Of a DNA stretch of 64,000 nucleotides, positions 40,090 through 52,853 are shown in pieces. Made by a program: the position numbers and the translations under genes. The stretch lies in NCBI RefSeq assembly GCF_018977255.1, contig NW_024704743.1:48300001-48364000 (forward strand), given 5' to 3'. The notes below the pieces were generated by a model. That model worked only from the letters and a program-made list of their open reading frames with translations. It was not told the origin of the DNA and made no database searches. How positions within the stretch are numbered: position 1 is the stretch's first letter; each line of letters begins with the position of its first letter. The DNA comes from Callorhinchus milii. Lineage: Eukaryota.

Positions 40090-40575
40090 CGCAACGTCGC
40101 CTGGCTCCGACACTGTCTCATACCGCAGGCTGCCAAAACCCTCATGCACGCCTTCATTACTTCAAGGCTCGACTATGCAAACTCACTGCTTGTCGGCCTC
40201 CCCAACTCCTCCCTCCACAGGCTGCAGATCATCAAGAACTCTGCAGCCCGTGTCCCCTCCTGCACTAGGCTCCATGACCCTATCACCCCCATCCTTGCCC
40301 AACTCCACTGGCTTCCCATCACACAGAGAATACAGTTCAAGATCCTGGTCCTCACCTTCAAAGCCCTCTATCGTTTTGCTCCACCCTACCTCTCCGACCT
40401 CCTAATCCCTTACCATCCTGTTCGCTCCCTCCGCTCAGCGGGCTCTGGCCTGCTTCCCGTCCCCCGCCTCGGCAGGAGGGCCTTCTGCCACTCTGCACTC
40501 ATCCTCTAGAACTCCATCCTGCAATCCCTCCCCCTCGCCCCCTCCCTCGCCACCTTCAAGACCCACCTCAAAATT
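40090..40575 (+). mobile_element. L2 fragment
   Basis: ORF 40144-40509: HAFITSRLDYANSLL.GLP..LQII.NSAAR..LHWLPI.QRIQFKIL. Confidence 0.92.
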
Positions 40576-40974
40576 ATTTCTTAAGTGTTGCTTGTCCATC
40601 TGTTTGCAACCCAACTTTTTACCTTCGAAAAGTTTTGAGAGGATAGTAATATTATTCTTGGTAAATTAGTAAAATGGGGCATAAACTCAATTAAATTTGT
40701 CACTCAAAGTTTAGAATGAACTAAGAAAAACTTGCATTTATAGATGCCCTTCATGCAGGGCAGCATCTCAGAGCAGTTAGCAGTTTAAGGAAAAACTTTT
40801 CATGCAGAGAACTATTAGAATTTGGATTGCTTTGGTACAAGTAGCTGTTAAGGAGCTAAACCTATAAACACTATCTTAATAGAAAAATGAGAAATTATTT
40901 GTAGAGGAAGAATGTAAAACAATAGAGAAAGAGTAGGAAATTGGGATTAGAGTAATTGGCCCTTGTGGCTAACA

Positions 40975-41350
40975 TTAACAACATCAAATTACATTTATAT
41001 AGCACCTTTCACGTCAGAAGGATATTGGAAGGCTCTGGACAGTCGAGGGTTGCACCCAAGCTAGGGGTTGGAATCAAGAGGGGTGGAGGGTAGTGTGGGT
41101 GCGAGGGTGGCTGAAGGCACGGTCATAGAGTAAGGTCTTGAGATGGACCTTGAAGGAGGCAGGGTAGGGAGCGAGGTGGAGGGGTTCCAAGATTAAGCCC
41201 TAGAGTGCGGGGGCAGAAAAGCTGAAGGCCCAACTGTCAATGGTAGAGCCAGCAGGGTGGGGACATACCGGGTGGAGGGAACAAACAGGTTGGTATGGTG
41301 GTAGTTGGGAGGAGCACGGCAGTGGAGGGCTTTAAAAGTGATGACAAGAA
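40975..41350 (-). mobile_element. L2 3' fragment
   Basis: Reverse L2 tail (aaattacatttatatagcacctttcacgtc) followed by a purine-rich body. Confidence 0.8.
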
Positions 41351-41419
41351 TGGTGGCTAAGGTACCACCATTTTAGGCTAGTTGTGCCAGCTACTTCCTG
41401 TTGCTAAACCAATTTGAAA

Positions 41420-42040
41420 TTTGTTTTACTAATTTACTATTAAATCTATGAACCTTGACATTCTTTGAAATACTTTCTTATCTTTATATCAAATGGTTTC
41501 TGAAAGTCCAAGTAAATGTTATCCATTGTATAGTTATCCTGGTCTGTTACCTCCTCAAAGCATTCCAACTGATCAGTGAGGCATACCTATTGTAAATCCA
41601 TACTGACTAATCTTAATGCTTATGTATTCTTTGGCTGAGCTGTAATAGTGTTATGTATAATTTCTTCCAGCAATTTCCTTACTTTGGGTGTTAGTTTAAA
41701 ATAAGACTAATAATTCCCAGATTTATGTCTCTCACAGTTTTTGAGTATCAGAATAATATTTGCTATCCTCTAGTTCTGAAGTACAGCTCCTAAATTTATG
41801 CACTCCCTGAGCATAGTAAGAGCACTACCTATTTCTCCGCTGATTTCCTTGAATATCCTAGGGAATATCCCATATGATTCAGGTGCTTTATCATAAATCT
41901 TAGGGCTGAGTTTCTTCAGAATATCTGCTTTAATGGCATCTGATCTTGTTTGATTCCCAAGCTTGACTGGATCAGAAATTTGACTAAAGTCTTCATTTGT
42001 GAAGACTGATGTGAAAAATCAATTTAATATGTTATTTCCT
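41420..42040 (-). mobile_element. Old CR1 RT fragment
   Basis: Minus strand reads SQYGF..LTDQLECFEEVT..IYLDFQKPFD with frameshifts. Confidence 0.72.
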
Positions 42041-44911
42041 GATCTTGTAGAATACCTGTCCACAACATAATCCCTTAAAGATCCTATGTGGTGCATGCTG
42101 CCTACTGCGAACATAGCTTAAAAATCCTTCTAGCTGTAACTACATTAATTACTGTGAATGCTTCCCAGCTGTTTTATCTCTCAGTTAAGAGATGCACAGC
42201 TAACTGCATTGCCATGACATAATTTTCAGCTAAGAATGATGGAAAAATGATGTAATTGAGCACTGTGTTCCTGTCTAAAGCCCATTCACCATGACATCTA
42301 CATAAGTAAGAATAATGTTTTATGGGTACCCTCCACAGAATCTGAGCTGCAGTTATATCAGATATCCACAATATGTAGCAAGAAAAAAGGCATGTCACCC
42401 AGATGGCCTAAACAAGTGACTATAAAGTCCTCTGGGATACAGTAGAATAAATTGTATAATGAAAGAAATATCTTTGCCTCTGAAGCTTGTGTTTTCTTTA
42501 AAGATTGTTTTAACTTGTAAAGTTTGAAGTATCCCATTTAACATCTGTAGAATTCATAGGACATTCAATATATTAAAACATCTATTTGAACAAGTGGTTA
42601 TGATACAAATTGTACAGGTACTATACTTTGTTTTATAACTAAAATCATTTTTGGGCAGTATTCAGTTTGTAGGAGGATACAGATAAATTGTGAAAACTGA
42701 CTTAGTGTTGTATTAGTATTGTCATTAATACCTAATAATTGGAAGGATTATCAAAAAGGAGCTTTTTATGAACTCATAGCATTCCGGTATATTAAAAAGA
42801 GTTTCTTATCTATTCATTAATCCCTTGCACAAATGCATCAGTTGTAGTCCACTTAGTCTTTACACCCAGTGCGTTTATGACATACAGTAGCTATTATTGT
42901 GTGGTGCTGGAATATTTGCATATGTATGAGATGAAACAGCTGGTTTATGCATGCATTTGTGTATTGTCATTCCCACAGGAGTTGCTTGTTTAGACTTGCA
43001 CTGCTACCATGTGGATGAACAGCAGAATACAGTTATAATGGCTGAATCACTCAATCTGACTGTACTGAAATCTTGACGCCATTAATTGAACAGCATTGTA
43101 TATGTTGAAATGGTTTTCTGCAAAATGGTTCAATCCTTCAGGATAAATTTTGTGTATGACTAGTGGGCCATAGTAATCAGATAATTTGAAATGGTTGTGT
43201 ATTGTACAGTGACTATAATCAATGAAGGTGAAGTGCTCAGTGTAGCAGCTGGTGCACAGCATGGGGTTCCTGTTAGAGCAGTCTGTTCATAATTTGCAAC
43301 ATACATGTTTATTGCAAGGGTTAGAAAATTATGAAGCACCTTATTCCTTCACTTATGTGGGTTTAATGAAGTATTGTATTGTACCGTGTAACCTGTAGTT
43401 AAGTTATTCGGTGTTTCATTGCGATATTGTGAGCGTTTTTCTTTATAAAATTTATAGAAAGCCCTCAGTTACTTGTTTACATTCATTTGGAACTTGACAG
43501 TCCACAAGAAATATGAAGCACTGTAGTCGGGATGTTAATATTGTGAAACATTCGAGTTTCCTTTATAATATTTAAAAGATATGATAAAACTTCCATTTCG
43601 GCCATGTATATATATGATTTTGTCTTTCACACAGAGTTTATTGCAGGTGGTGGTTGGGGGAAGGGGACAGAAGGAATTCAACTGAGAAACAGGTTGACAA
43701 TAGAAGTTGATTTTAAGCTCCCAGGGGCAAATCAACAGGGTGAGTGCTGAAGGTGAAGACGGAGGCGAGCATGTTTTTTTTGCTTCCTGGTCTGTACGGG
43801 GCTTCTCCAGCCATTAGAAACAGCACGGCAGCCACACCACTGAGAGCTTGAGGCATAGTGCTTCTGAAATATAAAAGCACTACTCAAGTGGGAACGGTCA
43901 TCATTGGAGCCACATAAAATTTTGCTGCAGTAAGACCAGTGAGAGTTTGATGATTTGATGATCCAGTAATGTTTGTTACTTCATGTCTGCAAAGCAAAAT
44001 TGGTTTAAATCCAGGTCATGCAATGAAGAGTGACATTTTTGTATTCAAATTACAAAATGTTGGCATTTAAACTTTCAGATACAATCCATTAAATGGCAGA
44101 TTTTACTTCCAATCTTCATAATAAGAATTGATCTGTAAAAACTTGAGCAAATAAACTGTTCCTTTCTTAAAAGAATACATTTAAATCAAGTGTGGGTTTG
44201 TTTTCTTCTCCTTTCCTTGTACTTTCTGGGAGATCAGTTTCTGATTTAGTGACCTACACTGCATTTGGTTTACGTTTCATGTATTTCTGTTCCCTGAACC
44301 AGGATGTGAGCTCCAGCTATCAGACAATGAGACCAACAGGAATTAGAGTTGAACATTTTTACTAGTATGGGGTAAAGTTTAAAGCAAAGTCACTGGTTTC
44401 AGGACGTGGGAAACTTAATTCTAATTTGACATTGGAGTTTAAGCACTCTGAGACACTACCCTCATGTGAAGGGCACTATATAAATGCATGTTGTTGTTAA
44501 GTTTGGTCTTTGCATTTTAGTTTAAAGCAAGAATATATTATTAAAAAAAGCTAATTTATAGAGCCTCTGGCAAACAGTGCCTCAAGCATGTGAAGAATTT
44601 ACCAACTCAAGGTGGAATTTTTTTATTTTTAACTTTTAAAAACTATCCTGTACTTTAGTTGTTTTTCTTTTTTAAAAAAGTTTCCAAAACAACCTAATAT
44701 TTAAAAAATATTTAAAATTGGTTCGCGTTTTATTATTCACACCAGAAACATGCTTTTTCTGTATTAGGCATTGCCTCCAATCGGTTTTATGTACTGAGAA
44801 TTATATAATTACCGATCTGACATTTGTGTCCACTTTAACTTTGTAAGCAATTTCATAGACATTTTAATTTAAATTGATTTTGCAACCTTGGACCTCACCT
44901 CTGGAAAGAAA

Positions 44912-44980
44912 CAGTGTGCATTTTTATTCCGTTGTTTGAATAAGTTACTTATTCATACAACGGAATAAAAATACACACTG
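44912..44980. repeat. Near-perfect palindrome, 34-bp arms, 1-nt centre
   Basis: cagtgtgcatttttattccgttgtttgaataagt-t-acttattcatacaacggaataaaaatacacactg; 2 mismatches. Confidence 0.95.
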
Positions 44981-45094
44981 CTTCAATTTGAACTGTGCTG
45001 CGGATTTACAGTGAATACGAATTAACTCAGGTAAAAGATGGTTTCGAGTGGCCAGTTTATATTGTGTTCTTAAGTAAGCAAAATAGCTTAAGGA

Positions 45095-45400
45095 TGTTAA
45101 AAGCATTGGCTGATGCAGAACTCAGCCATACAGATAGGAGGTTCTTGGGTTTGTGCTGAATTCTCTGATCTCAGCAGTTGGCTTGCTACATTTGGCTTCA
45201 GGCTTCTGTGTAATGGTGGGATTCCTAAAGGCTAGTGATCCCAGTCCTGATCACTATCCAGAGACCTGCTGGAATGTGTATGTGTGAACATCAGATGAAG
45301 GTTTTGAAAGAGCTTGGTTGTGATGCACCCCCACAGTCGAATAATCTGGTAACACTCAGTGTTGAGATTTGAGCATAAATATTAGTCAAAATACCTGAGG
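45095..45400 (+). mobile_element. Ancient SINE-like family Y copy (related: ~28130-28390 minus, ~53405-53530 plus)
   Basis: Shared degenerate blocks, e.g. gctgaattctctgatctcagc vs tgagttacttgatctcaacc; tRNA-like B-box remnant gattcgatccc near 53451. Confidence 0.5.
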
Positions 45401-46139
45401 GGAGGGGGAAATTTGACAGAGATAAAAATTGTTGCATTTGTATCTCTGAAAATATTTTTTAAAAACACAGCTAGTGTACAATACCTGTTAGCAAAGCATT
45501 GCACGTGGTATACCGAGTTGCTGTTCCAGAGTATTAAATGTAGATTTTGAGATCATATTTGTTTCACTGCTGGAAGTGATAACTGATTGCTTCTAGCAAT
45601 AAAGATTGGGCATAAACATGAAGCATTGCCTTCACAGTACATAAAACATCTAGTGCATCCTGACTAACTGCATCAGCATCCATCAAATCTATAATCTGAA
45701 TGGCCTGCTTTCCCCATCTAAAAAAAATCTTCAATGTTTGAACTACAAAAATTCTTTATCTTTAATGTCAATCTTTGTTCACACTTAAGAAATACCATCT
45801 GAAGCCGTTCCCGTCAAGCCAGTTAAAAATTCTGAAGACTTTTGATCATCACAAATTCTTTTGTGCATGTTAGTGCATGTATTTTAAACTTGCTATTTTA
45901 TGAAAGAAGTAAAATACTTTACTTTGTCTGAACTAAAGTCCGAAACACTGATTGTCCAGCGACTTGAGACGTCCTCCCGATGTGGAAGACGCTATACAAA
46001 TGTAATTTTGTTGTTGTTGTTGAAGTAGACATAGGAGCAATATGAATATTTTTCATCATTTGTATTCCCCTGAGTTATTTTTTAATATATGATGAAGATT
46101 TCAATTGATATTTTATTTCAATTACTAAATATCAAAAAA

Positions 46140-46345
46140 AAATCAGCCAAATGTCTGATACATGCAGAAACTTATCATCATGCGTAGATTATCTAAACTA
46201 GACTGACACTTATGTATGGAAATTTCCCTGTGTCTAGAATGGAATACACACTGGAGAGATGCATCCCGTTTACCTAATTCTGGAGAATATTAGGCATAGG
46301 TTGACAAGAACGAAGGCTTGAGGTCCCCAGAGTGTGCGTTGGACT
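46140..46345 (+). repeat. Family X copy, truncated by an L2
   Basis: aatcagccaaatgtctgatacatgcagaaac..gcatcccgtttacctaattctggagaatattaggcataggttg..agagtgtgcgttgg. Confidence 0.82.
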
Positions 46346-46349
46346 TAAA

Positions 46350-46980
46350 CAATAATAACAATAAATAACATTTGTATAGCGTCTTTCATGTCTTGAGGAT
46401 GTCCCAAAGTGCTGGACAGTGATTTGCACCTGAATTGGGATCAGGAGTGGTGGAGGGCAGGGAGAGTATGAGGGTGACCGAAGAGAGGGTCTTGAGATGG
46501 GCCTTGAAGGAGGCAAGGAAGGTAGTGAGGTGAAGGGACTATGGGATGGAGTTCCGAAGGATGGGGGCAGAAAGGCTGAAGGCCCGACCTCTGATGGTGG
46601 GGCAGGTCAGACGAGGCACATGTAGCAGGCTGGATATCTTTGAAGATAGGTCGATGTGGAGTTAGCAGGTCACAGAGGTAGGGAGGAGCAAGGCCGTGGA
46701 GGATTTTAAAGGAGAGGAGAAGGATTTTCAATGCTATCTTCTGGGGGATGGGGAGCCAATGGAGCAGGGTGGGGGTGGTGAGAGGATCACGGAGCCTAGT
46801 GAGGGAGAGGACACAAGGTGCAGAGTTGTGGATGATCTGCAGTTTGTGGAAGGAAGAGTTCGGAAGGCCGACAAGCAGGGAGTTAGTGAAGAAACAGAAA
46901 AGAGAGGAAGTAAGGCAAAGTGGTAGATGAAGAGATTTCCAGAGGTTAGGGGCATATGACCTGAAGGCGTGAACATTTAT
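46350..46980 (-). mobile_element. L2 3' fragment(s)
   Basis: NSLLVGLPNSSFHKLQII.NSA..LHWLPIPQKI.LKILLL on the minus strand, with tail at ~46350-46420. Confidence 0.88.
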
Positions 46981-48639
46981 AAGTAACATTTGTTTACAAA
47001 TGCAAAGTGGAACATTGGATTTTCACAATGTTGCACAGAATTCATCTTGCCAGGTCAGGTTTGTTTTCAGATCTGTCCTGAACCATTTAATACAAATATA
47101 TTCTTAATCATTTGTATTCAATGGTTCATATTGTTAAATCCAAGTTTTCAAACCTACAATTTTTATATGGACAGTAAGAAATATAATTATTTGGGAATAA
47201 TCTTTAGTTAAAAATAAAATATCGATACCAATATTCTAAATATTTTTATGTTCTACCAGCAGTATGCAGAGAGAATGCCATCAGGGTTTACAGCCTTATG
47301 GTTTTCTCAGTTTCTCTCATGCTCCCTAGTTACCTCTCAAAAGAATGACCAAACTGGCTTTTTTTCATGGGTGGACCATGATATAACAAGATTCCATTTA
47401 TGATAGTGAATGAAAGCAGGCTATTTGTGGAAGGTATCACAATCAAATCCTATCTCATATCCACCTCCATGCTTTCGAACCAGGTTCACTTGAAACTACT
47501 AAGGAATAGAAACCCTTTCCGAGGAAAGTTCAGAATAACAGTCACCATCATTTCAGAAAATATATCTACCTGTGCCAAGTGTGCCAACAGGGGTCCCAAG
47601 CAGAGCCTCCTCTGATATGCAGGGCAGCATATCATTCTTGAAATATTTGGGAGCTTTATAGTGTTAAAAGGTTTGGCATTTCTGACAGTACAGCACTCCT
47701 TTCAGTATTTACGAGTTCAAGTCCTGGTGTGAGGCTTCAGCCCACAACCTGGATTCCCTGAAGCAAGAATGCTGTTACCTAATCCAGACGCTCATTTTCG
47801 AAATTAAAATAGTTTTCAATGAAATGTTCTTCTTTGAATTAAACTTTAAAGTAAGAAATTAGTTGACTTGGGGAACATAGAGCAGCTCTTAATGCTGTAT
47901 CAAGCTTTAGTACTAATGCTTGCCATATCATGTCATGGAGACATTTCATAGTGCTTCACAGGATTTTACTGTGAAGAGCAGTGACTGTATATTTGTCGGC
48001 AAACATAGAAGTTATTTTTTATGAAAATACTATTGGAGGTTATGGTCTACGCTGTATCCACTATGTGCACAATGTTAAAGTAAGATGCTGCTGTATGCAT
48101 TCTAAAAGGTCAGTGAGAATAAAGGTTGGAAAAAATAGAACATTACAATTTGTTTTAAATCTGGTATGCAAAACACTTGCTGTACTTTTAAATCTGGAAT
48201 GCAACCAGGTCTCTCTGGTATTGAAGGTAATTGTCAACATTGTCCTACTTATTTCTCACTAAGGGCCACACAAAGTAGTTACAATAAGCAAGATATGTCT
48301 GAACCAGATTTCCCCCTTTAGAAAAGCATTTCCTAAGCAATGATCAGACCTGATGGTAGAATAACTTCACACAGATGGTCACTTTGCTCCAGTTTAGCAG
48401 TGCGAAACTCCTCAAACATTGGGGATTGGGTTTTATAATTAGTACAATTGTGTAGTGCGCACTGCAGTACTTTACTTAAGTTGAATCTATCAGAAAGTAA
48501 AACCTGCCATGAAATAACGTGTGTATAAATTACAAAATACTGTTTGGACCAGTTGAAAATAGTACTGAAGCACTGTAGAGGAAAACCTGTACATCTCTGA
48601 AATTTTGTATAGGAAAGCCCATGGATTGCTAACTTGTTA

Positions 48640-49590
48640 TTTGGTCAGCTAGGTGTCTGACACATGTGGAAACCCACCACCATGCTTTAGAGTATCCAAA
48701 CCAAACAGTTCCACATATATATGCCACCCACATATGTAAATTTCCCAATATCATTCTGGAAAGTGTTAGGCGCCAGTTGGTGAGGCCTGGGACCCTGGCG
48801 GGAGGGGGCTTGAGGTGCCGGTGGGGGTACTCAAGGCTGCAACTGGTGCAAACCGTGGACAGCAGCTCAAGCCCTTACTCCTTGTGGACTATTCATAGCA
48901 CTTGCTCCCTATGGACGAATCACAGCACTAGCTCCTCATGGACCAATCACAGTACTTTCTTTCTGTGGCCCAATCACAGCACTTCCTTTCTGTGGACCAA
49001 TCACAACACACGCGTTCTGTGTAGCCACTGTTAGTTGCACAAATCTAACCAATTGGGTCACATGGTGCAAATGGCAGGTGAGAGGAGTGAAGTCATTCTT
49101 ACTCTTCAGGCCTGCAGTACCCAGAGTATGTGTGATATCTGTGCAGAGATGCATAGGCTTTCCACTGTAGGCATTATTTTTTATTTATTTTCTTTAACTA
49201 TTTTCAAATATTCTTTGCAGTTAAAGTAAGGTGCTCAATTTCTATGTCCTCTCAATGTGTAACGCAATACAAATGCAAGTTATTGTTTTACGGATTTATT
49301 GTGTGGAGTCCTCATTTTAAGATGCCTATATCATGGAGACTTTAACCCTAGTTTGGGAAACCCTGACTTAGGGCCTTGGCTTGCAGAAGCTGAGTGGGAT
49401 GATTCTTTGGCCCAGTGACAGATCATCCCCTCCAAGTCCTGTCGATAGGTTAGACTGGCTGATCTGCATCAGCAATACCATGAAGTACTGTGGACCTGTG
49501 TAGGTCAGCAACTGGACAACTGAGATGACCATAGAGGTTAGACTCTATTCTTGCAGTTTGGGAATGGAGTTCTCATCGCTAGCTCCAAGG
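48640..49590 (+). repeat. Family X copy, split by the probable hAT insertion
   Basis: ttggtcagctaggtgtctgacacatgtggaaaccc...gggggtact (to 48831), resuming ttagggccttggcttgcag at ~49368. Confidence 0.72.
48880..49014 (+). repeat. Tandem array, 5 x 27 bp, inside a probable hAT element (~48832-49365)
   Basis: Units start at 48880, 48907, 48934, 48961 and 48988; consensus ttctgtggaccaatcacagcactt.ct. hAT-like terminus agtttgggaaaccctg at 49350-49365. Confidence 0.9.
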
Positions 49591-50097
49591 AGATCCCACT
49601 TACATCACATGATAACTATTTTTCTACTAAGTTATCCTTTTACTGAATTTCACCTATTTTTCTACAAATGCAATAATGTGCCTTAATTCTATGTGCTTTA
49701 TTAAATTAATATTTTTTAAAAATTGTAAATAAATTTGATTTCTCTTAGGAAGTGGGAAACTGAGCCACACATTATATTTCAAGCTCTTTGAATTATACTT
49801 CAAATATCCTCCTGATGTGAAAGGCGGTCAAAAATGAAAATTGTACTTTGGCTATATTAAAAAAAGGACAGTATTTTTTCAATAAATAACTGGACTAAAA
49901 ATAGCAAGTATTTACACTTGTGGTTTATTGTGAAGAATATCTTTGGGTAAGTACAATGATAGCAATCCTTAAGATTTGAAAGTTAAACAACCAATTTTGA
50001 AATATCAGTAGTGTGAAATTAGAGTGGATACCGTTTAGTATCCGTTCTCTAGTTTTATGGTGTATTTAGAAGTACCATATGTTATGGCATTAGCAGT

Positions 50098-50295
50098 GGA
50101 ATCCTGTAGAGTATTGGTTAGAACACGTGCCTCACAAACGAGAGGACCTGGGTTCAATTCCAGGACAGGGTGAAACGTTAGGCACGTTTCCTTACTCCAC
50201 ACACCTCTGTTCACTTCGCAGTAATTAGGAACCCAGTTGTTAGTCGATTGGCAGATTGCTTTTCAGAGCACAGCTACATCCTTCACAGTGATAAC
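50098..50295 (+). mobile_element. tRNA-derived SINE, 5' half
   Basis: tggttagaacac..ctcacaa..gggttcaattccc..tttccttactccacac..gttagtcgattgg, as in the 23902 and 33823 copies. Confidence 0.85.
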
Positions 50296-50609
50296 TTGTT
50301 TCCTGGATTTGATGCCGACAAGGCTGCATATAAACAATAGGGTGAAGTGATATTCTTCAATGGGGATTAGCTAGCAAAAGGTCCAAAAGAGTAGAGCTAG
50401 TAGTTTCCTGTGGAAACTAGATGCAGCATATACAAGCTTGCCTTAACAATATAAAAGACTGCATATATTTTTTTGAATGGGGAGGGTATCTCGTTATAAA
50501 GATCCCCAGGGGTATACATGACTCCATATTGCTGATGATGAATTTTGTGATCAAGAAAAGGGACAATCTCGCTGGGAAATGAAACATTTTCTTCGTATTT
50601 TTGCACTAA

Positions 50610-51165
50610 TTGTATCAGACTCCCAGACCACTTGGCAACTGGTCTCTGGAACTCCATTCCCAGATCCCATCAACTTGCTTCCTCCCTCCCCTTGGTCAAG
50701 GAGAAGACCCTTTTATGGCTCAAAACTTACATCTTTGACCGTGCTTTCTGCCAACTTTTCCCTCCACACCCACACCTTATCTCCCACGCTCAGCGTCTAG
50801 GTACACAGAGCAACAGGTACATTTGGTATGACAGCCATCCTTGCAGCTCATCAATTACCCCAGCTCAGATGCCCAGCCAGAATTGTCAATCGCTTTGGGC
50901 CAGAATCCCAATGCAAAGAGCGCTATATAAAAGTAAATTGTACTGTTTGGACCACAAATGGCACAGATTCAATGTAGATCTACTGTAATCTAACCTCAGA
51001 AAAGTACTTGAGTTACAGATACATTTGGTATGCTGACTATACTTGCAGTGACTATAACTAATGCTCATCAATTGCCCCATCCCAGGTGCCCAGCCAGGGC
51101 TGTCAACTGTTTTGGAATGTCCTCCTGATGTGATGTGCGCTATATACATGTAAATTTGTTGTTAT
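50610..51165 (+). mobile_element. L2 3' fragment plus two related LINE/SINE tail copies (~50848-50942, ~51065-51165)
   Basis: tctggaactccattccc L2 block; duplicated ctcatcaatt.cccca..ccag.tgcccagccag..tgtcaa..gcgctatata. Confidence 0.7.
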
Positions 51166-51584
51166 TGTTTTCCAATTAATATTTTTTACTGTAGACTTGT
51201 ACAAAATAGAAACTGGATTGACTGTGCAAAAATCATTTCAATTACTACTGTTGCAAGAAGGGGGAAGAAAAATACATTCATATTGATCAAGTCTATTTGG
51301 AAGTTGGTTCTTGAGTCAAAATTTTCTTTGTTAATAGTGTGTGAACAACCATCTCTAAACTGATGTCTTGAAGATTACATGAGTTGTTTGCCAGTGATTT
51401 GAGCTTTTGGAATTGCTCCTTTGTGACCTCCTGCCTTTTGGGGTTTTGAGAATAGGATACTTTTGGAATACTTCCCTTCTTTAATCACAGAGACAATGTA
51501 GCAGTATCTATGTATTCAGAGTCCTACTTCAAGCAATAAGTGAATATTTGTATTTTAAATATTTGTGTTTTAAGGAGACTCACC

Positions 51585-52040
51585 AGAATAGTATCAGGGA
51601 TGATTTAATTATATAGAGAGACTAGGGAAGCTGGGATTGTTCTCCTTAGAGCAAAGAAGGTTAAGGGGAGATTTAATAGAGATGTTCAAAATTACTAGCG
51701 GTTTTGATAGAGTAGATAGGGAGAAACCATTTCCACTGGCAGGTGAGTCGGTAACCAGGGGACATAGATTCAAGGTAATTGGCAAAAGAGTCAAAGGGAA
51801 ATAAGAATTTTTTTTATATGGAGAGTTGTTACAGTCTGGAATGTACTGCCTGAAAGGGTGGTAGAAACAGATTCAGTAATACCTTTCAAAAGGAAATTGG
51901 ATAGGTTCTTGAAAAGGAAAAAATTCCAGAAGTATGGGGAAAGAGCAGGGAAGTGGGACTGATTGGGCAGCTCTTCCAAAGAGCCGTCACAGGTATGAGA
52001 GGCTGAATGGCCTCTTTCTCTGCTGCAATATTCTATGATG
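51585..52040 (+). mobile_element. CR1 3' fragment
   Basis: ERLGKLGLFSLEQRRLRGDLIEMFKI..FDRVD; 3' UTR ending attctatg. Confidence 0.9.
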
Positions 52041-52635
52041 CTATACACTTATTTCTTCACAATTAATGTTTTAAAATATTTCTAATTAAATGTTAAATGG
52101 GCCCCCTCAATTTTACAGATTTCCAGGGTTATGTACTGTCATGGAAGAGCAAAGGTTCCTGCAAGTTGAATCCATCTCTGCTGGGAACTTAGAAAATGGG
52201 GCCTGTTACTTTTTCACTCCTGCGATTGTATATTCCAAGGGATTAGTTCTACTCCACACCAATTCTGCTTTATACTGTATTTATATGCTCGCATCCTATA
52301 CCACTGTACTCTCTAGGATTCTTGGAGAAAATAAATGCTGCTTGTCTTGGATAGCTCTTTATGAAGTGCACATAAGTAATTTTCTCTTTCTCTTCCTTGC
52401 AACTATTGACTCAGAGCATGTGTGAGCATATACAATCTGCAACAAACAAGCCATTGACTTTCTACTCTTGCTGCTGAAGCTTGTGCTCAGAGAATTGTAA
52501 TTAAAAATCACTTCTCAGTTAATAGAATCTAATTGGCCTGAACTTTCTGCATTGTATAAAGAATCACTTCATCAAAAATGGTTGCTTACAAAATAAGCAC
52601 TGGAAACTTTGAATTGCAAACTTCATTTTATTGAA

Positions 52636-52853
52636 CAAAACGCAAAATATTGCAGATGCTGGAAATATGAAAACAAAAACAGAAGTCGCTGGTAACACTT
52701 AGCAGGTCAGGCAGCATCTATGGAGAAAGGAAAATGAGTCAGCGTTTCGGGTCCACAACCCTTTGTCAGAACGGACGAACGTTGACTCACTTCTCTTTTT
52801 CCATAGATGCTGCCTGACCTGTTGAGTGTTCCCAGCGACTTCTGTTTGTTGCT
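52636..52853 (-). mobile_element. Hairpin (fold-back) element, probably Penelope-derived, with 14-bp TSD and degenerate hammerhead core
   Basis: ~70-bp inverted arms 52677-52746 / 52778-52847. TTCATTTTATTGAA at 52622-52635 and 52854-52867. Minus strand reads CTGACAA-A-GGGT-TGTGG-ACCC-GAAAC. Confidence 0.75.

Noticed and set aside
48880..49014. CRISPR-like array or repeat protein (WTNHST)n
   Set aside because: Head-to-tail degenerate units with no unique spacers, in a eukaryotic intron; no splice or ORF support.
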